64,000 nucleotides of DNA from the NCBI RefSeq assembly GCF_001194135.2, contig NC_068985.1, forward strand, positions 121,548,680 through 121,612,679, given 5' to 3'. The stretch comes from Octopus bimaculoides (taxonomy: Eukaryota). This document shows, one piece after another, positions 24,266 to 38,183 of the stretch (position 1 is its first letter; every line of letters starts with the position of its first letter). The notes under the pieces were generated by a model that ran no database searches, was not told the origin of the DNA, and saw only the letters and a list, made by a program, of their open reading frames with translations. The translations under genes were made by a program, and so were the position numbers.

Positions 24266-25310
24266 CAGGGTGTCCTAAAATTAAGGCAACCAATATTTTT
24301 CAACTTTGTCAAAAGCAAAATATTGTTATATTTTAGGTCCAAGTGTTGCAATGCAATGGTAAAGGAAATACAATTATGACACTACCACATTTATTCTTTA
24401 TGACTACCTCTGTTTCAAATCACAGCCTTAAATCTAGGTGTGAATGCTTCATGCATGGCATGCAGCTGTTCTTGCAGAATCGAAGTGCATCCCTTATGCA
24501 GTTTTGCCTTCAGAGTGTTGAGCAAAGCATGAGGAGTGCTCAAGACCCTCATCTCCAAAATAAACTAAACAGAAAAATCCAACAGGTTGAGATCGGGGCT
24601 TCTTTAGGGCCATATATCCTTGCCTATGAATGATGGAATGTTTTTCAGAATCCAGTGTTGTGTCTGTTTGGTGCTGAGTCCTGAAGGAGGCTCCAAGGTG
24701 TGCCTTGAAAGTACTCATTCACCCATGGAAGTAGTTCAGTTTCCAGAATGCCACCAACATATTGCTGGGTGTTAATTTTAACACCCGAAGACACAAAAAC
24801 GATGGGGAGACCTTCCAGTAGCTGCCCAAACCATAACTGACTGTGGATTTTAACATTGATTTACGAGTCTACTTTCAATGGAGCCAGATACATTCACGAG
24901 TTAGTCATTCTGGTGGTTTACTGTCTGTTTGATATCAAATCTCTTTTTGTCAGTGAACACCAGGTTGGGGAGCATACCTTCAGCAATCTGACACAGAATA
25001 GGAAACTTCTGTCTAGTTTCATGGCCTTATAAACATGTGTGAGCTCATCATGGTGGATCAACTTGTGGGTCCCGAGATCCTTCTTCAACACTCGATACAT
25101 CGATGTTCAGTTTACTTTTGCTGTGGTAGCCAGTTTTCTGATGGAATGATGAGGATTTTGCTATATGATTTCTTTGGTACTTTTGATAAGCTGAGGGGTC
25201 CATACACTTCTTTTTCAGTCATGTCCAGGTTGATCAGTGGTGGAACCAGTCTCTTGAAATTTCTTGACAATTTTCTAGACTGTTGTTCGGTTAATTTTAA
25301 GCTTTCATTT
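24266..25310 (-). mobile_element. Second maT/DD37D-type transposon family, defective
   Basis: TA|CAGGGTGTCC terminus; minus-strand SPDLNLLDFSV*FILEMRVLSTPHALLNTLKAKL...RFKAVI, and N-terminal KINRTTV*KIVKKFQETGS. Confidence 0.75.
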
Positions 25311-25832
25311 GCAGGGAAGGTAATGGCCTCAGTTTTTTGGGATCCAAAAGGCATTGTGTTTATCGGCTATCTTCAAAAGAACCACACCATCAATGAGGAG
25401 TACTATGCCAACTTGCTGAGGCAGTTACGAAAGGCTATCAAGACCAAACATCCAGAAAACTGATGAAAGGGGTCTTGTTTCATCAGGACAAGGCTCGGTA
25501 CACAAGTCCTGGCTTCCAATGGCTGCTGTGACTTTGATCTGGTGGATCACGCTCTTTATTTTCTTGATCTGGCTCCATCTGACTATCATCTGCTGCCCAA
25601 CATGAAAAAACACTTGGCTGGGAGACAGTATCAGTGATGATGACATCATATCTGCTGCTGAGGACTTTTTTGACCAGCAGGATGAAAGCTTCTTCACCAA
25701 TGGGCTCCAAACACTGCCTAACTGATGGAAGAAGTGTGTGGACCACAAGGGGGACTATGTTGAAAAATAAACATTATTTGGTCACATTCTATGAGATTGC
25801 CTTGGTTAGAAGGTGAACTTTTCAGTTGACTC

Positions 25833-25836
<4 letters not shown>
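25311..25836 (+). mobile_element. mariner (DD34D, irritans-like) 3' half
   Basis: AGKVMASVFWDPKGIVFIGYLQKNHTINEEYYANLL...DLAPSDYHLLPNMKKHLAG...WKKCVDHKGDYVEK*; TIR-like end GAACTTTTCAGTTGACTC. Confidence 0.85.
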
Positions 25837-25897
<61 letters not shown>

Positions 25898-26292
25898 CTC
25901 GCACACATGCACATACATGTATGCCAGCATGAAAAACAGACATTAAATGGTGGTGATGATATATAATAATTCTGGTTCATTCAGTCTCATACTCCTCTGA
26001 TTTTCAACTCTGAGTACATAGGACCTTCAGGCAAGTTATAATACTAGATGTGTACATATCCATGTCATATACACACACACACATTGTAAAATATATGCAA
26101 ATATATATTTCAATATACTGCAAACATTATCTGATATAGAACATAATACACTTGGTGGAGTGGATAGATATACGCATTTATTACATCAACAACTAACAGT
26201 CTACTCTGATTTTTACCTTAGTCAGATACAAATCATGACTGTCAGATTGTCATAATCAACTAAATATGATACTTAGAGTAGATTGCCATTTG

Positions 26293-26358
<66 letters not shown>

Positions 26359-28620
26359 TGTTGGTATTTTACTTTTCTGTAACTGTCTGCACAAAACAAG
26401 CATGTAACAGAAAATTTAATTTACAAAATGAAAAAAAAAATATTAGTGACAGCAATAATAATAGTAATAATAAGGATAATAATAACCAGTATTAGACATT
26501 TCAATTCATTTTGTTTATTTTTCATGTGTTTTTACTTTGAAGTTTTCAGGTNNNNNNNNNNNNNNNNNNNNNNNNNNNNNNNNNNNNNNNNNNNNNNNNN
26601 NNNNNNNNNNNNNNNNNNNNNNNNNNNNNNNNNNNNNNNNNNNNNNNNNNNNNNNNNNNNNNNNNNNNNNNNNNNNNNNNNNNNNNNNNNNNNNNNNNNN
26701 NNNNNNNNNNNNNNNNNNNNNNNNNNNNNNNNNNNNNNNNNNNNNNNNNNNNNNNNNNNNNNNNNNNNNNNNNNNNNNNNNNNNNNNNNNNNNNNNNNNN
26801 NNNNNNNNNNNNNNNNNNNNNNNNNNNNNNNNNNNNNNNNNNNNNNNNNNNNNNNNNNNNNNNNNNNNNNNNNNNNNNNNNNNNNNNNNNNNNNNNNNNN
26901 NNNNNNNNNNNNNNNNNNNNNNNNNNNNNNNNNNNNNNNNNNNNNNNNNNNNNNNNNNNNNNNNNNNNNNNNNNNNNNNNNNNNNNNNNNNNNNNNNNNN
27001 NNNNNNNNNNNNNNNNNNNNNNNNNNNNNNNNNNNNNNNNNNNNNNNNNNNNNNNNNNNATATATATATATATATATATAAGTAGCTGAACTGCTAATTT
27101 TACAGAACTCAAATGAAAAAAGAAACAAATTTTTACGTAAACTGAACTTTGATTCAATAATGATTTCTTGCATAGACACAAGGCAATAAACTTATAAGGG
27201 AGGGCAATGGGAATGTGTGACGTTCATACCTTTCTTAAAGGTATTAGCATAGTGTAACAGAACACCATTGATTTGCCTTCAGCCAGACTGATAAGGAATT
27301 GAAACCCAAATGACGGGATTCAAATTATCATGACTGGAAGTTTATTTATTGGGTTCTACAATGCTCAACACAGTAGTTTTAATACTATAATGGAATTGAT
27401 ATTTTTTTTTACATTAATATATAATAACATTAATATTATATAATAATAATATATTATTATATAAACTGTACAAATACATATGTGTGTATAATACATGTAT
27501 ATACATCTATATACGTGTATGTAATATATATATAAACACACACACAAATATACTTCCATACACATATATACATACATGCATAGACACCTACAAACATATA
27601 TGTATGTGTGTGTGTGTGTGTATATGTATATATGTATGTATTTATACACACACAAATATACACACATACACGTTCAAATTTGAACAGCAGTCTCTTCACA
27701 ACCAGAAGTCAGGTAATTTTAATGTTGCTATACTACGAAAATTGGAATTTTTTTTTTTTTCATTTATTGTTTTTGCGTATATATTTTTTTATAAAACAAA
27801 AGTCTTTTAGCAGTAAAAAAAATGCTAAAAGAAAAATTTATAAAATAAAAAATAGTTCTCTGTTTTTTTTTTTTAAACATGGGCGGTGAACATTACGATT
27901 ATTTTTTTCCTTTTTTTATACAATTTCTTTTTGTTATTTGTCTTTGTCAGTTCAGTTTGACTACTATTTAAACTGAATACTAATGTGTGGGAGAGAGGGA
28001 GAGAGAGAGTAGGAGAGAAAAAGAGAACAGATTGTGAGAGAGGGAGTTGGGTTGGGGAGAGAAATGTCCAATCTAAAGGCATGTGTTTTAAGTGTTGCTT
28101 GAAGTTTTTAAAAATCACAACCAATGGCCAGAGAAGCAAATTCTTTCTACAACAAAAAAAAAAAGGTAAAATAAAAACTGTCATTGAGAGCAAAAAATAG
28201 TGTTGTTGTTGTTGTTGTTGTTGTTGTTAGGAGATTGGGTTTTGCTTTGATCTTTTTTGGAGGGTGGGTATATATTTTATGGTAATTTTATTTTTATTTC
28301 TTGTTCCTTTTCATTTTAATATATATTTTCTGCATGAAAAACAATAATTGTTAGTTNNNNNNNNNNAACAATAATTGTTAGTTTTTTTTTTTTTTTCTTT
28401 AAGACATTCACAACCCGTTTGGAGAGAGAGAGAGTGAGAGAGAGGAGAAAGACCGAGAGAGGAGGAAAGAGAGAGAGAAAGAGAGAAAAAAAAACGATGA
28501 GATTGACAGATAAGCTAAATAAAACATTCTGAGAGATGCTAAAAAGTTTAATTTAACAAAAAATAGATCCCTTCAGTCACACACACAGACACTTATGTGC
28601 TCGCAACTTTCCAGACTTAC

Positions 28621-28666
28621 ATGTTGGGTGGTCTCCTTAGATGAGAAGCATCAACCAAAATTGGTG
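28621..28666 (-). other. Candidate 46-nt exon (single open frame xPILVDASHLRRPPNx)
   Basis: Acceptor gtgtttaccttattttcag, donor CAT|gtaagt. Confidence 0.35.
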
Positions 28667-29287
28667 CTGAAAATAAGGTAAACACAACCAGGCTAAATTC
28701 ATATGCTTCATTCTTACCTTTATCATATTGCTCAAGATTCAGTATTCACATTTCCCCCACTAAATACATCTAAAACTTCCCCTTCACACATTGGGTCCAT
28801 GATATTACTGCAAATAACATACACACAGGAGTTGACTAAGTTAATTCTGTCTGAAGGCAAAGACAACAAACCTGATTCTGTGTCAAGGTTAAATTAATAT
28901 CTCTATGCAAATGATAAGATAAAAAAAAGGGGGCAAAATATGAAATACAACTCAAGTTGACATTTTCCTTTCATCATGTACTGTTAAGCATTTCTACTTT
29001 ATGCAACAATAAATATATAACAGCTCTCTCTTTCCTATCATTCTAACGATATATGCACACATACATAGCGTGTGTGTGTGCATATTTTATATATATATAT
29101 ATATATAAATACACATATATATATAAATGTATATAAATATACATATATATACTTACATATCTACTGCTTTGTAACTTAGTGTGTGCTTCTTTTTCAGATT
29201 TATGGTGTACTGACGATATATGTATATATATTTATATATATATATATACATATATGTGGAGAATAATTATAAACTGCGGTTTAAACA

Positions 29288-29420
29288 ATAAATTACCTGC
29301 CTCTGGATACCCTCTAACGAAGACGGTACCCACACAAGTAATTCTCAGGAGTGCTTCCGGATTTAAACATCCCCTGGTTGCTTGGATATTTCAGACTACC
29401 CCTGAAAAATTGAAGCAATC
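29288..29420 (+). pseudogene. Highly diverged U1 snRNA-like sequence
   Basis: Words TTACCTG, GATACC, ACGAAG, TCCGGAT and CCCCTG occur in U1 order, with spacings within 1-2 nt of human U1 as recalled from memory. A stem-loop-I-like hairpin is present; there is no intact Sm site or stem-loop IV. Confidence 0.4.
29297..29401 (-). other. Candidate 105-nt exon (stops in all frames; UTR or non-coding if real)
   Basis: Acceptor ttgcttcaatttttcag, donor CAG|gtaatt. Confidence 0.3.
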
Positions 29421-29794
29421 CTATCATTTACCTATATATGTACATATACACACATACATACAAGCACAACCGTAGCTATGTGCTAAGAAGCTGCCTTCCC
29501 AACCACATGGTTTGGAGTTCAGTTTCACTGCATGGCACCTTGGGCAAGTGTCTTCTAATATAGCTTCAGGCTGACCAAAGACTTGTGAGTGGATTTGGTA
29601 GACGGAAACTGAAAGAAGCTCGTTATATACAAGAATAAAAGAATATATATATATATATATATATATATTATACCATAATATAGATATATTGTGTATATAT
29701 ACATATATATATAAAGTGTTTGTAAATATATATATATCTATATAGATGTACTGTGTGTATGTATATCTATCTATCTAGATATATACGTATATAT

Positions 29795-29953
29795 GCAGGA
29801 GTGGCTGTGTGGTAAGAAGCTTGCTTCCCAACCACATGGTTCCAGGTTCAGTCCTACTGTGTGGCAACTTGGGCAAATATCTTCTACTATAGCCTTGAGC
29901 CAACCAAAGCCTTGTGAGTAGATTTGGTAGATGGAAACTGAAAGAAGCCTGTC

Positions 29954-29990
<37 letters not shown>

Positions 29991-30211
29991 TATTTGCGTA
30001 TTTGTGTTTGCTCCCCCCCCCACACACACACACACACCATCGCTTGACAACCGATGTTGAAATGTTTTCATCTCCATAACTTAGCAGTTTGGCAAAACAG
30101 ACCAATAGAATAAGTAAAAGGCTTACAAAAAATAAGTCCTGGGGTCACTTTGTTCAACTAAAGCCGGTGCTCCAGCATGGTGGCAGTCAAATGACTGAAA
30201 CAAGTAAAAGA
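29795..30211 (+). mobile_element. Full-length CORE-type tRNA SINE with internal (TA)n/(CA)n
   Basis: GCAGGAGTGGCTGTGTGGTAAG head, GGGCAAATATCTTCTACTATAGCC core, tail ending GAAACAAGTAAAAGA. Confidence 0.8.
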
Positions 30212-30228
30212 ATAATATATATATACAG

Positions 30229-30261
<33 letters not shown>

Positions 30262-30299
30262 CATACACACACACACACGTATATATATATATATATATA

Positions 30300-31161
30300 C
30301 AGGTTGCGTAAACTATTTGAGGACAGATTTGTGTTTATAGAAAGCAAATATATAATAACAGATAACTTTATTAATCAAAAAATGCTATGAGGATAAAAAT
30401 AAACCTTCTTTTCTATAATGTTATTTAATAAAGCCATCTCCAACTTCAACGACTGCTTCTATATGAGATCTAAATCATCTCCATGCTCGAATCAAGTGGT
30501 CTTGGTTCATTTTGGACATTACTCAGACTATGGCAACTTCCAAAAAATCTTTGGCGTTATAGGCCTGTTCATTGACCTCTCTCTCAACAACGCTCCACAT
30601 GTAAAATAGTCCAATGGATTGAGATCTGGGGAATTAGGAGGCCAAATGTTAAGGGTTATGTGATCATGAAAATTTTCAGCCATCCATTCCTGTGTTACTA
30701 GAGTCATGTATAATAGTGCAGAATCTTACTGAAACACATACGGTCTTCCATTGCATACACTGTCTATCCAGGGCTTAACAATTATTTCCAGGACCTCGAT
30801 GTAGGCGGCAGATTTAACTCTAAGGCCTTGTGGAAAGTAAGGAGGCATCACATGTCCTTCATTGCTGACAACCGCTAAAACTAGGACAGTTGCAGGAAAT
30901 TTTGTATGCATAACATTTGGAACTTCAGAAGGGACACTACATAACCATCAGTCAATTCTTCTATTAGCTTTCTGATCTTGGTCAAAGCTTTTCTTGTTTG
31001 AGAAAAACCAAATCAAATCTTCTGCTGAATTTTTCAGTTTGTTTAAGACTCTTTTAGATCTGATGTAGTGATTTTCTTTTGCTTTTTCTGACAAATTGAC
31101 TTTTCTTTATCATATAAGACTTATATTTGATGTCTTCATGGGCAACATTTCTGACTGTTCC
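30300..31161 (-). mobile_element. maT/DD37D transposon, second copy of the 19489 family, inverted; 5' part in gap
   Basis: TA|CAGGTTGCGTAAACTATTTGAGGACA TIR; roughly 95% identical by eye to 20107-20472; WPPNSPDLNPLDY motif present. Confidence 0.85.
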
Positions 31162-32226
31162 NNNNNNNNNNNNNNNNNNNNNNNNNNNNNNNNNNNNNNN
31201 NNNNNNNNNNNNNNNNNNNNNNNNNNNNNNNNNNNNNNNNNNNNNNNNNNNNNNNNNNNNNNNNNNNNNNNNNNNNNNNNNNNNNNNNNNNNNNNNNNNN
31301 NNNNNNNNNNNNNNNNNNNNNNNNNNNNNNNNNNNNNNNNNNNNNNNNNNNNNNNNNNNNNNNNNNNNNNNNNNNNNNNNNNNNNNNNNNNNNNNNNNNN
31401 NNNNNNNNNNNNNNNNNNNNNNNNNNNNNNNNNNNNNNNNNNNNNNNNNNNNNNNNNNNNNNNNNNNNNNNNNNNNNNNNNNNNNNNNNNNNNNNNNNNN
31501 NNNNNNNNNNNNNNNNNNNNNNNNNNNNNNNNNNNNNNNNNNNNNNNNNNNNNNNNNNNNNNNNNNNNNNNNNNNNNNNNNNNNNNNNNNNNNNNNNNNN
31601 NNNNNNNNNNNNNNNNNNNNNNNNNNNNNNNNNNNNNNNNNNNNNNNNNNNNNNNNNNNNNNNNNNNNNNNNNNNNNNNNNNNNNNNNNNNNNNNNATAT
31701 ATATATATATATATATATATATAAAGGTGTACTAAATACCATATAACATGAAGTCCTGATTTAATGAAATTGTCTTCACTTTGTGAGTAAAGTAAACTAA
31801 TGCTTATGGAGCAACAGTGATTGACTCCAATTGAGAATGGAAAAAAATCACAAGAATCAATTATTCTCTAGAACTGACATGCCATTAAGGAAAACAGTCA
31901 GATTTTCTGGAAACAAGAGGATAGCTATGTACATGTGTTTCTGCCTCAATCAGGCATAAACAGTATAACAGTTGTCCTACCTTGACTCCAACATACATAA
32001 AACTTAGACATTTGCAAAAGAAGTAGAGAACCTTTATGGCCGATGGTCAGAGTAATTAGGGTGTAGGATGTACCATAGGTTATATCTTATACTCTATATT
32101 GCCTTCCAGATGTAACATCTTGCAAACTGTTAATTATAAGTGATCTTTGAAATATAAGATAACTCCCACTACCTTCAAATATACTGAGTACTTCTTTTGA
32201 TTTACAAACACCTTAGCTGCATGTAT

Positions 32227-32270
<44 letters not shown>

Positions 32271-33399
32271 TGTGTGTGTAGGGGGGGGTGATCATCTTTT
32301 AACATCCATTTTGCATACTGGCATGGGTTGGATGATTCTACCAGAGCTGGGAAGCTGCACCAGGATTCAGTCTGATTTGCCTTGATTTTTACAGCTGGAT
32401 GTACTTCCTAATGCCAACCACTTTACAGCATGTGCTGGGCAATTTTACAAATGTGGCATCAGCACGAGTTCTTTTATGTGGCACCAAGTCAAGTGCTACA
32501 CACACACGATTATGCATGTTATACAAGAAACATTCATTGTGTGATTGCCCAACCAGATTCCTGAATATTCCAGGCGATTTGACTGTCCAGTGCTTTTTCA
32601 TTTTCAAGACCTGTTAGACATATTGCAATATTATGTTTTGTCAGGAACAATGGTTGTAACAAATCTCTAAGTATCATACAATACCAACTAGCAGGGGCCC
32701 CAGAAAGGAAAAGTTTAATTGCCCTTTCTCTACAATCAAATTGTAGCTCTATGTAAGGTACAAAACTTTGCCAGACTCAATCTACTTTGTATTTCATGAG
32801 TGGTCAATGGTAGGAAGGGGATAGATAAGCAGATGTAGAATTGGTTGATTTAACAAGTAGTTGCAAAAGTTAAAATTAATTCATATATTAAAATTAACAG
32901 TGGTGCTTAATAGTTGTTTCTCTTTTAATAAGAATAATTTCTTCCATACAGCACAAGAACAGAAATTTGGAGATGCAAGGTTGTCAATTACATGAATACC
33001 TGTTCTTGACAGATATTTATTTTATCAACCCCAAAAGGATGAAATGCAAAACCAACCTCAGTGGAATTTGAACTCAGAAAGAAATACACAAGGCATTTTG
33101 TCTGATGTTCTAATGAAGGATTCTGCCAATCCGCCATCTTTTTAATAATAATTTCTTACATAAGCATGAGGCCAGAAATTTAGAGAACAACTGATTAAAT
33201 TAACCAAGTACTATGGAAAGATGAAAAACACATATGGTCTTGGCATGATTTAAACTCAGAACATTCATCTGGAACAAATATCGCAAAGCATTCTGTCTAA
33301 AGCTCTAATAATTCTGCCAATCCACTACCAATAATCAAGGTGATTGAGCATTTACAACAGAACAATTGAAGTCCTGTAGATGTATGCCCAACTAAATAG

Positions 33400-35270
33400 A
33401 TCTTTATTAAAAAACAAAAAAGATGGCTTTGGATAATATGTGCCAACAATGATTAAAAGTAGGCTTTAGATTTGGTTTCACATTATTTGCTCATCAACAT
33501 TTTGGAAAGCCATGAATTTGAGGATTTCCTGATGAACACCTATAAAAAGAATAATGAAGAAATGGCGGACAGCTCTTCCAGTTCTCCAATACCAAGACAT
33601 TAAGGTCCACTCTCATAGGAATATCTTATGGGATATTCTAAAGTGACAATACATCTAGTGATTCACTTTATTTGTTGTCCTAGAGTTGACTAAGAAAATA
33701 CAAACAAACATACACCATTTGTGTGTGTATTTGTGTCTGTGGGCATGCACATGTGTATGTACAACCTTTACAAGTATCTTGGACAAAATGAGAAAATCAG
33801 GTATGATAAGCTATTAACAAGGCGAGAACAAGAAATAAATGCCTCAAGAGATTAAGAAAATATAGTTATCAAAATGCTCAGCCTCCAAGTATATTGCTCA
33901 TAACACCTTGGTAGTGCACATCCTATCACCTACATCTGTCTTCTGATTGATTGCTACAAGAATGTAATAAGGTATAAGAACTCAGAAACTACTCAGTTTT
34001 ACTGAAAATTTCAAAACCAATGAGGATGTGGAGATACTTCCTATGCAAATAGGGTAGCTGCTACTTTCTGTCTATGTAAGAGTTGGATTATAACATTAAA
34101 GTAACATCTCTGACAGAAAAAAAAAAACAAAAAAAAAAACAAACTGAGCCACTATCTCATTCAAGTTTTTAAGTGGTGTAGGTGCTGGTTCCATGTAAAA
34201 GGCACCCATCACACTCTGTGAAGTGACTAGCATTAGGAAGGACATCCAGCCACAGAAACCAAGCCAAAACAGACTATAGAATCCTGGTGAAGCCTCTGGC
34301 TTTGTCAGTTTCTGTCAAGCTGTCCAACCCATGCCAGCATGGAAAACAGACATTAAATGATGGTGATGATGCATAAAAATAAAACATCATTAGGTTAGCT
34401 AATGAACTTGAGGGAAGACATGAAATATAGGCTGGCAATGACTTCTCTTCAAAGAACATTGGAAAACCCCTACCTTTTTTATAAGATTTTTCTGTAAAAT
34501 AAAAACAAAACAGACCAGTACACTGAAAAAGTTATACATGGATACTTGAAATGAAAAACACAGACTGTACTTAGAATATATTAGACTAAAAGCCTAGAAA
34601 ATAGTATCAAGAAGTTTCTAACATCTCACAAGAAGCAAGAAATCCCCAATAAGTACCTTCATCACAAAAGGCAGAAAACAGCTAACAACAAATTAAGCTA
34701 TGCAAACCCTTAACTAAAGACTCTTGCCAATTGCAAAAAAATGCCCTCAAGATATTGCCTTTCATGAAATAGTCAGAGCAATCTAGAAGACTAAAATAGA
34801 GAAAAATAATCAATAAAAATGAAAACACTGAGACCAATAGAACAAAAGAATATTGGCGAGACCTAAAAATAATAATAATTAAACTCAAAAACAACCAAAG
34901 CTGATATTGTTGTTTGAGATCACAAAATAAAAACATGTTCAGCTGTGGAAGTCACTTGCCCACTTGATATCAATAATGCAAAGAAAGACAACTATGAATC
35001 ACTGATGAGGAGTTTGAAATCCAATGCCCAAAATACACTTTTTGCTTTATGCCATTTATTATTGGAGCAATAGGATGTGTACCAAGCCCAACTGGATCAA
35101 ACTTTTGTTAAATTTAGATTTTTGGAGAAAGAATACAGCTCAATAATTCATATGCTACAGAAGATGATGATATCTGGGAAAATAAAAATCTGAAAGAACT
35201 TCTTCAAATGTAATGGATGAAAGGATTGAGAAAGTATTATAAACCGAACAAGATTCACCTTATTTTAATA
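33400..35270 (+). mobile_element. Long degraded R4/Dong-clade LINE, interrupted by an RTE tail (~34180-34375)
   Basis: Remnants YKYLGQNEKIRYD, KADIVV*DHKIKTCSAVEVTCPLDIN and PFIIGAIGCVP. Confidence 0.65.
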
Positions 35271-37046
35271 TCCTTTTTCTTTTTTTCCAGTCAAGAAGAG
35301 AGGTAATACAAACAATAAAAACCAACAGTTTATGAATTAAAGTAATATATTGCAAACAAAGAGATCGTACAAATAAAGAAAGTATGATCCACCACTGGAG
35401 AAAATAATGAAACTCAACAAAGTAGAAGAAAAACTTAAAAGTGGCTATTCATTAAAAATTTAAGATTATCTCCAAATACAAACCCTTTATTATTCTCCTT
35501 CCAGTAACTAATCTAGAATTGGTCCTTTGGCCACTACTAAGAAATCTACCATCAAATATTTTATGGCTGAGAAATTATCTTGATGTTTCTCCGTTGCAAA
35601 CCTTTCTGTTGCATTCACTTTTCATGTATTTCATGGGATGTCAAAATTTTCATCACAAATCATGAAATAAAAAGACAACTGAATTTAACAGTCTTGCTAA
35701 ATTTAAGGACAAGATTGTTGACTTTTACTGATTCAGCCTAGCTCTACATGGCTGATCAACTTGATAGAAACAGCAGTGAACTAGCCTTAAATTATTCCAT
35801 CACATCTTAAAAATGAAGGATACACTGGATATGTTACTGGCTGCATGATATCCTGAAGGAATGAAAAATGAGACAATCATTAACCCTTAGATGTTCTCAA
35901 ACAGGGCTAACCTAGGGCTAAACAACAACACAATGTATGCAAAAGCAAAAGTATTGTACACATAACAAAGCAAGTTAACCAATACATCATACAAATCATA
36001 CAGCAGCCCCTGCCCTTTCGTTATCAATTCTTTCACTATCTGCAAAAACTAAATTCCTATTCAACATGACAACAGCGAATACTTTTATCAAGCATTAGTA
36101 GTAATTATTATCACAGTAACAAACTGGAACAGCTTAGGAACTGGCTTCAAGAATTCTTTATATAATAGTCAGTCAAATCGTATTGCCATAATAACACTGT
36201 AACTAGAGATAGAAGAGTGATAAAGCCACTCCCTCCTCTTATTATATACATCCCTATTGATTCAGAAATTCCCAGTTGTTTTTTTACCAGAAATGGCACT
36301 TGCTGTTTTTATAGTTGCTAGAGAATAAAAAAAATAAGTGGTAAGTGAAATGTTACCATAAACAAAGAATTCATCTGGTTATTTCCTTAAATGTCCTAGA
36401 AACATATTTTTTTAATCTTAAACCCCAAAATATTAATAACAACTAAAATTGGTTTCATTCACTGAACATGATATATGTATGTATGTATGTATGTATGTGT
36501 GTGTGTGAGAGGGAGAAAGAGAGAGAAAGTGTGTGACATGTGAAATATACTACAATATTTCTTTCAACTCTGCTTTCAGGGTTCAAATACTATCAGGGTC
36601 AACATTGCCTTTCATTTTCAGGGGCAATGAAAAGCTATCAGTCAAGTGCTGTTGTAGTCCTCTCTCCCTCCAGCTATAACATTCTGAATGTTCAGGTGAG
36701 TCAAAGTAGTTGGAGCCAAGTAGTTTGTGTCTCTTTATGACAACATAAGTACCTAAAGCAATCAGTGAAAACATGGCACCTGCTACCAATTTATTCTTGA
36801 TTTTGAATTATAGATATAGTTTATGATGCACACAGACACACACATGTGTGCACATGCAAACTCAGCAATAAAACACATACATGCTCCACAGGGTACAACA
36901 TAATTAGTTTTAGCAAGTTATTTTCCACAGTAAGTGCTCAATGAATTATAGTAAAACTATGAAAAGTGTAGGGATGAAACTAATACACTCATATATACAC
37001 ACACAAACCCATATAAACCCCTTATTTGTATATATATTCATATACA

Positions 37047-38183
37047 CTAGATGTGTTCAAATAGTATCTGACTTCATTTTCTTCTGCCAAAACTGATGCT
37101 GCATGGGAGAAATCATTTGGGTGGGAGGTGATGCCACCCTTCCTATGCATGAAAATTTTTGCACCGGTAGGCTATGTCACTTCCCAGATGTTATGCCTAG
37201 AGTACAGATGTATAGTGTATGCTTGTTGGATTTTCATTTACATAAAAGATGACCGAATGCATCAAGCAGAAATACTGCATCAAGTTTTGCTATAAGCTTG
37301 GTCATACTCAAGCTATCCAGAAGATTCAGCAGGCTTGTGGAAATTATGCCATAGGCAAAACTCAAGTCAAGGAGTGGTACAACTGTTTTAAACATAGCTG
37401 CACCTTAGTGGAGAGTGAAACAGGATCAGTACATTCTATTTTAACAGAAGATTTGCGCATGCAGAGAGTATCAATGAAATTCATTCCCAACGTACTGGCA
37501 ACAAAGCAGCAGAAGCAAATCCACATGGTAATCACTCAGGGCATACTGAGCTGTGCAAACCACAACCTAGACTTCATGATGACCATTATCACTGGTTACA
37601 GTGCTCCCAATGGAAGCATCTGTCATCACCAAAGCCCACAGCAATATGAAGATAATGCTGACCTGTTTTTATTGCTCTTGTGGCATTGTGCATCATGAAT
37701 ACACATCACAAGGCCAAACAATCAATAAGGATTGCTACCTGAAGGTTATACATCACCTTTGAAATGCTGTGCATTGAAAGTGGCTGGACATGTAGGAAGT
37801 GAAGAATTGGCAACTTTACCACAACAATGTGCTCACTCATTTTACCCACATAATCCAAGTTTTCCTGGCCAAGAACAACACAGCACTAGTTCAACAGGCT
37901 CCCTACTCTCCCAACTTCGCACCATGTGACTTCTGAGTCTTTCCCCAAACTGAAAACCATGCTGAAAGGAAAGTGACTGAAGTCGCAAGAGGAAATTATG
38001 AGAAAAGAAACAGCAGAGCTCCATGTCATTCCAAAGGTCTTACCAGTAGTGGCAGAACCACAGGAAGAAGTGTGTTAACTCCTAACAAGAGTATTCTGAA
38101 GGTGGTTAAACATAATTTGTGAAATGTACCAAATTGTTTTTTTTTTAATGCCCAAACATTGGATACTTTTTGAATGCACCTCG
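37047..38183 (+). mobile_element. Internally deleted mariner transposon with both TIRs
   Basis: TIRs CTAGATGTGTTCAAATAGTATC and GATACTTTTTGAATGCACCTCG|TA; ORF MTECIKQKYCIKFCYKLGHT...QVKEWYNCFK...RVSMKFIP. Confidence 0.85.

Noticed and set aside
28340-28385. Direct repeat AACAATAATTGTTAGTT on both sides of a 10-N gap
   Set aside because: Typical unmerged contig overlap, not biology.
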